From Cupriavidus necator (GTDB lineage Bacteria; Pseudomonadota; Gammaproteobacteria; Burkholderiales; Burkholderiaceae), in assembly GCF_016127575.1 (NCBI RefSeq), contig NZ_CP066019.1:990001-1022000 (forward strand): 32,000 nt of DNA, in the 5' to 3' direction. This document shows, one piece after another, positions 1 through 5,495 of the stretch. The translations under genes and the position numbers were made by a program. A model generated the notes under the pieces. It was not told the origin of the DNA, searched no databases, and saw nothing but the letters and a program-made list of their open reading frames with translations. The number at the start of each line of letters is the position of its first letter. Within the stretch, counting starts at the first letter, position 1.

Positions 1-1
1 C

Positions 2-1516
2 TCCACGGATAAGCCCGATCTCACCCAGGGCGTGCCGCTGGCTGACCTTGCTGACGGCGGCATGGTCACAGGCCAGGTTGGCGGCAAACCGGTCTTGCTT
101 GTGCGTCGGGCTGATGAACTGTTTGCCATCGGTGCGACCTGTACCCACTATGGCGGGCCACTGGCGGACGGCCTGCTGGTCGGCGATACGATCCGATGTC
201 CGTGGCATCACGCCTGCTTCAGTCTTCGCACCGGCGAGGTCCTCGGGCCGCCCGCCCAGGACGATCTGAAATGCTGGCGCGTGGAACAGCAAGACGGGAA
301 GGCCTTCGTCCGCGACGCGCTGCCGGCGGTGCGGCCACCGAGGCTTGCCTCGGCCCGGCTCCCTGAATCCGTGGTGATCATCGGCGGCGGCGCCGCCGGG
401 ACTGCCGCGGTCGAAACCCTGCGGCGCGAAGGCTATAGCGGCCCCGTCACGCTGCTGAGTGCCGATCGCTCATTGCCGTACGATCGGCCGAATCTGTCGA
501 AAGACTACCTCGCCGGGACAGCAAACGCGGACTGGCTGCCAATGCGGCCACCGACGTTCTACGCGGATCACGACATCGACGTGCGCTCCGACAACCGTGT
601 CGTCAAGCTCAGCCCCGAGCAAAAATCCGTCACGCTCTCGGACGGCAGCAACGTGAGCTACGGCGCGCTTCTGCTTGCCGTCGGTGCCGTGCCGATACGG
701 CTGGACGTTCCTGGCGCAACCTTGCCGCACGTGAGCGTGCTCCGCACGCTGGCCGACTGCGACGCCCTGATCGCGCGTCTCGGCACGGCACGCCGATGCG
801 TCGTGGTGGGCGCAAGCTTTATCGGGATGGAAGTCGCGGCAGCGCTGCGAACGCGAGGACTGGAAGTGCATGTTGTCGCGCCCGAAGCGCATCCGATGGA
901 GCGGGTCCTGGGCGCGACGCTCGGCGACATGATCAAGGCGCTTCACGAATCGCACGGGGTAACGTTCCATCTCGGGGCCACGGTGGCAGAGATTCAGCCG
1001 GATCGGGTGAGATTGTCGACCGGCGCGGAGCTGGCCGCCGACCTGGTCGTGACCGGGATCGGCGTTCGCCCCGACGTGGCCTTGGCGCAGGACGCCGGCC
1101 TCGCACTGGACAAGGGCGTGGCGGTCGATGAATTCCTCCAGACCAGCGAACCTGACATCTATGCCGCGGGCGATATTGCGCGCTGGCCCGACCCGGGAAC
1201 GGGCCAGCGTATCCGCGTCGAACACTGGGTGGTCGCCGAGCGCCAGGGCGTGGTGGCAGCGCGAAATATCCTGGGACAGCGGCAACGCTTTGCGGCCGTG
1301 CCATTCTTCTGGACCCAGCACTATGATGTGGCCATCAACTACGTAGGCCACGCGGAGCAATGGGATCGTTTCGATGTCGACGGCGATCCCGCCGCGCATG
1401 ACTGTACGGTGACCTATTGGGGCAAGGATAAAAGGCTTGCGGTCGCCACGGTCGGGCGCGACCTGGCGAGCCTTCGCGCGGAGGTGGCGTTCGAGCAGGA
1501 GACGACAGGACACTAG
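2..1516 (+). CDS. Rieske [2Fe-2S] domain fused to FAD/NAD(P)-dependent pyridine-nucleotide-disulfide oxidoreductase (ferredoxin-reductase-like); 5' end probably cut by window edge
   Basis: ORF 32..1516 stays open back to nt 2 (STDKPDLTQG...). Rieske ligand motifs CTHYGGPL and CPWHHACF. Two Rossmann motifs (VVIIGGGAAG, CVVVGASFIG). AAGDIA FAD motif and reductase C-terminal domain. Confidence 0.8.
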   Translation, partial: STDKPDLTQGVPLADLADGGMVTGQVGGKPVLLVRRADELFAIGATCTHYGGPLADGLLVGDTIRCPWHHACFSLRTGEVLGPPAQDDLKCWRVEQQDGKAFVRDALPAVRPPRLASARLPESVVIIGGGAAGTAAVETLRREGYSGPVTLLSADRSLPYDRPNLSKDYLAGTANADWLPMRPPTFYADHDIDVRSDNRVVKLSPEQKSVTLSDGSNVSYGALLLAVGAVPIRLDVPGATLPHVSVLRTLADCDALIARLGTARRCVVVGASFIGMEVAAALRTRGLEVHVVAPEAHPMERVLGATLGDMIKALHESHGVTFHLGATVAEIQPDRVRLSTGAELAADLVVTGIGVRPDVALAQDAGLALDKGVAVDEFLQTSEPDIYAAGDIARWPDPGTGQRIRVEHWVVAERQGVVAARNILGQRQRFAAVPFFWTQHYDVAINYVGHAEQWDRFDVDGDPAAHDCTVTYWGKDKRLAVATVGRDLASLRAEVAFEQETTGH

Positions 1517-2481
1517 GCAGGGGCGAGTGCGCGGTCCGCAAGCCCTTCAAGCAGGTCGGCCGACGGGACAAAGAACAGGCTGCCGGTGACCGCCTTGCTG
1601 AAGTCAAGCAGCCGGTCGTAATTGCCGGGCGGCAATCCGACGAACATGTTCTCGAGCATCTTCTCGATCGGCGCGGGCGAACGGGCGTAGCCGATGAAGT
1701 AGGTGCCGAACTCGCCCGCGCCAGGGCGGCCGAACGGCATGTTGTCACGCAGGATCTTCACTTCCTGCCCGTTCTCGACCAGCGTAGTCAGCGAACTGTG
1801 CGATGACGATGGCTTGACCTCTTCGTCCAGTTCGATGTCGGACAGTTTCTTGCGCCCGATGATCAGTTCCTGTGTCTCCACGGGAAGGGCGTTCCACGCG
1901 GTCATATTGTGCAGATACTTCTGCACGATGACGTAGCTGCCACCGGCAAACTCGGCATCCTCGTCGCCGATCACCGTGAAATCGACCGCCTCGCGTCCGG
2001 CCGGATTCTCCGTGCCATCGACAAAGCCGATCATCGCCCGCATGTCGAAGTTGCGGAAGCCGTGCACCTCGTCGACAACCTGGATCGCATCGCCGAGCTT
2101 GCCGAGCAGTTGCGTGGCAAGCTCAAAGCAGAGGTCCATCGATTCGGCACGGATGTGCAACAGCAGGTCACCCGGCGTGGCGATGGCGACGCGATCGCCG
2201 GTGCCGAACTCCCGGAACGGGTGCAGCGCCGCGGGACGGGGCTTGCCGAACAGCCTGTCCCACGCGTCGGCGCCGAAGCCGCAGACACAGGACAGGTTGC
2301 CTGACGGCACACGATGGCCGACCGCGCGCACGACGGCGGCAACGTCGGCACACCAAGCGCGGACGGTGCCGGCGTGGTCGTCGCCGTCGGTGAGCGTCGC
2401 AACGATGAATATGGCGCTGCGGGTGACTGTGCCGGAAACGGCCTGTGGTTCGGGGATCTTTGTAGGCATCGGACTCTTCAT
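1513..2481 (-). CDS. Dyp-type (dye-decolorizing) haem peroxidase
   Basis: 322-aa ORF with the DyP signature GFVDGTENP and typical size. Possible alternative start at the second Met (nt 2469). No clear SD upstream of 2481. Confidence 0.85.
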   Translation of the reverse strand: MKSPMPTKIPEPQAVSGTVTRSAIFIVATLTDGDDHAGTVRAWCADVAAVVRAVGHRVPSGNLSCVCGFGADAWDRLFGKPRPAALHPFREFGTGDRVAIATPGDLLLHIRAESMDLCFELATQLLGKLGDAIQVVDEVHGFRNFDMRAMIGFVDGTENPAGREAVDFTVIGDEDAEFAGGSYVIVQKYLHNMTAWNALPVETQELIIGRKKLSDIELDEEVKPSSSHSSLTTLVENGQEVKILRDNMPFGRPGAGEFGTYFIGYARSPAPIEKMLENMFVGLPPGNYDRLLDFSKAVTGSLFFVPSADLLEGLADRALAPA

Positions 2482-2701
2482 GTTGGTTATACCGATTCGG
2501 TTTGCGGGCTGACGGAAGAGAATTCAACGCATAAGCCTACACGAATTGAGTGGCGCCTCTGACCTTTCATTTTCTCCTGACCAGGCAGTGTCAGTTGCAG
2601 TTGTCAATCCAGGCAGCTGGAGCAAGGCCTGTGCCTGTGACGGCATCCTTGGGTAGTCAGGCGGTTCGGGCGCGCGGCAAGCGCTGCGCGGCATCCGCGA
2701 C

Positions 2702-2747
2702 GGACAAAATGTCCATGCTGAGCCAGGTCTCGCGGGTCATTTTGTCC
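2702..2747. promoter_or_regulatory. Two dyad boxes (GGACAAAATGTCC and GGTCATTTTGTCC) that also form a 10-bp inverted repeat
   Basis: GGACAAAATG (2702-2711) is the exact reverse complement of CATTTTGTCC (2738-2747). Box centres are 33 bp apart, in the DyP/selB divergent intergenic region. Confidence 0.35.
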
Positions 2748-2755
2748 ATTCCGTT

Positions 2756-2830
2756 GTCACATAAGGCATCGCTTATAGGCACGCAAAGAATCGCTGAATT
2801 TACCTTAAGTGGCCAGGCAATTATCTTGTC
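2756..2830 (+). repeat. Left copy of a ~75-nt imperfect direct repeat (promoter-like: TTTACC-N17-TATCTT)
   Basis: Ungapped alignment to 16909..16983 at offset 14153. Perfect 14-mer TGAATTTACCTTAA (2795-2808 = 16948-16961). About two thirds of flanking positions are identical. Confidence 0.6.
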
Positions 2831-2918
2831 TCCAACGATGCAGGAACACTAAGCAAAGCGGCATCGAAGCACGCTTCAGCAAGCCTCATCGGCCATTCAA
2901 ACAAGGATAGGGGAGACC

Positions 2919-3005
2919 ATGCATGATCACGACGAGGATACCCCGGAGACCATCCCTGATGGTCTCCGTCACGTCAGTCTGCCGGGCTACCTGACGCAGC
3001 CATGA
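2919..3005 (+). CDS. 28-codon upstream ORF (MHDHDEDTPETIPDGLRHVSLPGYLTQP) whose stop overlaps the selB start (ATGA)
   Basis: ATG at 2919 preceded by AAGGATAGGGGAG. TGA at 3003-3005 overlaps the selB ATG at 3002-3004. selB itself has no SD. Very short, so coding status is unproven. Confidence 0.3.
   Translation: MHDHDEDTPETIPDGLRHVSLPGYLTQP
2945..2967 (+). promoter_or_regulatory. Perfect 10-bp stem / 3-nt loop hairpin inside the uORF, 35 nt before the selB start
   Basis: GGAGACCATC-CCT-GATGGTCTCC. The 5' arm sequence GGAGACCAT is duplicated at 2912-2920, where it covers the uORF SD and start codon. Confidence 0.45.
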
Positions 3006-4912
3006 TCGTCGGCACGGCAGGACATATCGATCATGGCAAGACCTGCCTGGTCAGGGCGCTGTCGGGCATGGATACCGACCGCCTGGAGGAAAGGAAGGCG
3101 CGCGGCTTCTCGATCGAGCTTGGCTATGCGTACGTGCCGCTCGAGAACGGCGACGTGCTCGGCCTGGTCGATGTCCCGGGCCATCAAAAGCTGATTCACA
3201 CCATGGCCGCGGGCGCATGCGGCATCGACTTCGCGCTGCTCGTGGTCGCCGCCGATGACGGCGTGATGCCGCAAACGCGCGAGCACCTGGCCATTGTGCA
3301 ACTGCTCGGCATCCGGCGCGGCGCGATCGCGTTGACCAAGGTAGATCGCGTGAATGACGTGCGGCTACGGCAGGTGCGTGAGGAGATCGCGTCTTTCCGG
3401 CGCGGCAGCATGCTGGAAGACGCCCCGGTTTTTGAAACCTGTGCAATGCGCGCCGACGACCCGGGTGTGAACGCGTTGAAGCGGCACCTGCATGCGGCGG
3501 CGGCCGCGTCGCGAACGAAGCGCGACGACGGGCTGTTCCGCCTTGCGGTTGACCGGGTCTTCACGCTTGCCGGGCAGGGGACGATCGTGACGGGAACCGT
3601 GGTGTCCGGGCGCATCCATGTCGGCGACAGGGTGTTGCTCGCGCCGAAGAACGAGTCTGTGCGCGTGAGCGGCATCCATGCGCAGAATCGTCCTGCTGCT
3701 GCCGGGCGGGCGGGGCAGCGCTGCGCGCTGAACCTGGCCGGCATCGACAAGGGCGCGATCGAGCGCGGTGACTGGGTGGTCGATGTGCGCCTGGCGCAGG
3801 CGTCGGAGCGCATCGATGTGATGCTGACCCTGTTGCCGGACGCCCCTGCGCTGGAGCACTGGGCGCCCATGCATGTTCACCTGGGCACGCAGCACCAGGT
3901 GGCGCATGTCGCGCTGCTCGATGGCCCGACGCTTGCGCCCGGCCAGCGCGCGCGCGTGCAGCTTGTGTTCGAGCGGCCGGTATGCGCGCTGCCTGGCGAT
4001 CCCTTTGTCGTGAGGAACGCGCAGGCCAGCCGCACCATCGGCGGCGGCGATGTACTGGATCCGTTCGCGCCCGCGCGCAAGCGCCGTTCCCCGGCGCGGC
4101 TGGCTTGGCTCGACGCGATGCAGGCCATGCTTGACACCGGATCGGTCGGGGCATTGCTCGAGCAGGCGCCACACGGGCTGTCGCGCGCATTGCTGGAACG
4201 CCTGAGCGGCATGCCGGCGGCGGCCATCGAGCTGCCGTGTGACACGCGCGTGATCGAACTTCCGGGCAACGATGCCTTGCTGGTGTCCGGCGCGGCGTGG
4301 CGGGCGCTGACGGGGCGATTGACCACTGCGCTCCGGCAATTCCACCAACGCTCGCCGGATGTGCTTGGCCCGGAGGTGGCGCGCTTGCGCAGGATCGCTG
4401 CACCGCTGGCGCAAGACGCGTTGTGGTGCGCGCTCGTCGATGACGCCTGCGCGCGCGGCGAGATCGTCCGGACCGGCCCCTGGCTGCACCTGCCTGAGCA
4501 CACCGTGACGCTCGACGACGCGGATCGCACGCTCGCCGCGACGCTGCAGCAGGACATGAAAGCGGGGCGCTTCGATCCGCCATGGGTGCGCGAGCTGGCG
4601 AGCGCGCATGGCGTGCCGGAGGACAAGGTGCGGCAACTGATGCGCAAGCTCGCGCGTCATGGCGAGACGTTTCAGGTCGTGCATGACCTGTTCTATGATC
4701 CGGAGGCTATTCGCGAGCTGGCCTTGCTCGCCGCTGTCGACGCCAGCAAGAACGCCGGTACGGTCGTCGCCGGGGCATTTCGCAATGCCACCGGACTCGG
4801 ACGAAAGCGTGCGGTTCAGGTCCTGGAGTTTTTTGACCGTGTTGGCTATACGCGCTTCGACCGTGGCCGCCATCTGGTGCGCACGGACAGTCGTTGGCTG
4901 GAGTTGCTCTGA
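3002..4912 (+). CDS. selB: Selenocysteine-specific translation elongation factor SelB
   Basis: 636 aa. GTPase motifs GHIDHGKT (G1), DVPGH (G3), TKVD (G4). Long C-terminal winged-helix extension ending in GLGRKRAVQVLEFFDRVGYTRF, typical of the SECIS-binding WH4 domain. Confidence 0.9.
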   Translation: MIVGTAGHIDHGKTCLVRALSGMDTDRLEERKARGFSIELGYAYVPLENGDVLGLVDVPGHQKLIHTMAAGACGIDFALLVVAADDGVMPQTREHLAIVQLLGIRRGAIALTKVDRVNDVRLRQVREEIASFRRGSMLEDAPVFETCAMRADDPGVNALKRHLHAAAAASRTKRDDGLFRLAVDRVFTLAGQGTIVTGTVVSGRIHVGDRVLLAPKNESVRVSGIHAQNRPAAAGRAGQRCALNLAGIDKGAIERGDWVVDVRLAQASERIDVMLTLLPDAPALEHWAPMHVHLGTQHQVAHVALLDGPTLAPGQRARVQLVFERPVCALPGDPFVVRNAQASRTIGGGDVLDPFAPARKRRSPARLAWLDAMQAMLDTGSVGALLEQAPHGLSRALLERLSGMPAAAIELPCDTRVIELPGNDALLVSGAAWRALTGRLTTALRQFHQRSPDVLGPEVARLRRIAAPLAQDALWCALVDDACARGEIVRTGPWLHLPEHTVTLDDADRTLAATLQQDMKAGRFDPPWVRELASAHGVPEDKVRQLMRKLARHGETFQVVHDLFYDPEAIRELALLAAVDASKNAGTVVAGAFRNATGLGRKRAVQVLEFFDRVGYTRFDRGRHLVRTDSRWLELL

Positions 4913-4968
4913 CAGGGAAAACCGCCTGCCGCCATTGAGATTCCTGGGAATTCTCAAGCGTTGCGGGG

Positions 4969-5016
4969 CTCTCCACTCCTCCCTCCTCCCCACACTACAT
5001 CCTTATCCACAAATTC
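4969..5016 (+). terminator. G-free C-rich tract, candidate Rho utilisation (rut) site after selB
   Basis: 48 consecutive nt with 0 G and 25 C, counted by hand, in a genome that is otherwise G-rich. Starts 57 nt after the selB stop. Confidence 0.3.
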
Positions 5017-5021
5017 GAGGC

Positions 5022-5044
5022 CGTATTGCGGTGACAGCAATACG
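5022..5044 (+). other. 8-bp perfect hairpin CGTATTGC-GGTGACA-GCAATACG
   Basis: Seen directly. No U-tract follows it and the loop does not fit an anticodon loop. Confidence 0.3.
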
Positions 5045-5310
5045 ACGATTCGCACTTTCGTAACGAACCTCCACCACGCGATCCCGGAATCGGCATCCTG
5101 TGCGCCAGCGGACGCGATGCGCGTGCGTCCGCGGCTTCGATGGAATAGGAGATAAATATCATAATTAAATTGGATATAAAGATCATGCTCATTTGAAATT
5201 TGAAATACATCGATTAGTCATCATTTTCCCATTTTTAATGCACTGCACGAAAACTGTGCGTGAATTTAAAAAGAATTCAGCGAATATCGTCCGAATACGG
5301 CATTTGGTGC

Positions 5311-5326
5311 TGGCATGCTACTTGCG
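5311..5326 (+). promoter_or_regulatory. Sigma54-type -24/-12 promoter candidate (TGGCAT-N5-TTGCG)
   Basis: GG at 5312-5313 and GC at 5324-5325, exactly 10 nt apart. Located at the downstream edge of a 28% GC island, about 170 nt upstream of the flavoprotein start. Confidence 0.4.
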
Positions 5327-5408
5327 CTAGGTATGTCCAGGCGCCAACGGCGGCGCAACATTAACTAGTAGTTACGACCAACGGTGGTCGTGATTCCGGG
5401 ACAAAGGC

Positions 5409-5455
5409 GTCCGAGTCAGGCGAGCGGTGCTCGCTGGGCCGGATGCATTTTTTTT
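5409..5455 (+). terminator. Intrinsic-terminator-like hairpin + T8 run inside the operon leader (possible attenuator)
   Basis: Core stem GCGAGC-GGT-GCTCGC (5420-5434), extendable with wobbles and bulges to about 5409/5445. TTTTTTTT follows at 5448-5455, 41 nt before ATG 5496. Confidence 0.4.
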
Positions 5456-5495
5456 GTCTGTAAGTGGTGCACAGGGGGAGTCAGGGGTGTCAGTG

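Noticed and set aside
2550-2852. 100-aa ORF in the DyP-selB intergenic region.
   Set aside because: There is no SD, third-position G+C is low for this genome, the product is compositionally odd and has no motif, and the ORF overlaps the operator-like dyads and the promoter-like repeat. It is treated as non-coding.
2924-2967. UGA at 2924-2926 lies 18 nt upstream of the perfect hairpin, which is SECIS-like spacing.
   Set aside because: The reading frame containing that UGA (open from 2798) has no ATG, GTG or TTG start and no coding character. The hairpin loop CCU also lacks the conserved G/U.
5022-5044. The hairpin after selB was considered as a tRNA anticodon arm or a SECIS.
   Set aside because: The loop GGUGACA (UGUCACC on the other strand) has no U33-NNN-R37 layout, and no other tRNA arms are present. 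There is no upstream in-frame UGA, so the SECIS idea is unsupported. It is kept only as an unexplained hairpin.
5191-5206. ATTTGAAATTTGAAAT contains the complement of a UCA anticodon loop (TTCAAAT). It was checked as a possible selC (tRNA-Sec) next to selB.
   Set aside because: The surrounding sequence is AT-rich, with no acceptor, D or T stems and no GGTTCGA-type T-loop. It fits promoter upstream-element DNA better.
5427-5495. N-terminal 23-codon extension of the flavoprotein ORF (GTG 5427).
   Set aside because: It would translate the terminator-like stem and the T8 run as FFL. Homologous reductases begin just before the first GxGxxG, which fits ATG 5496.
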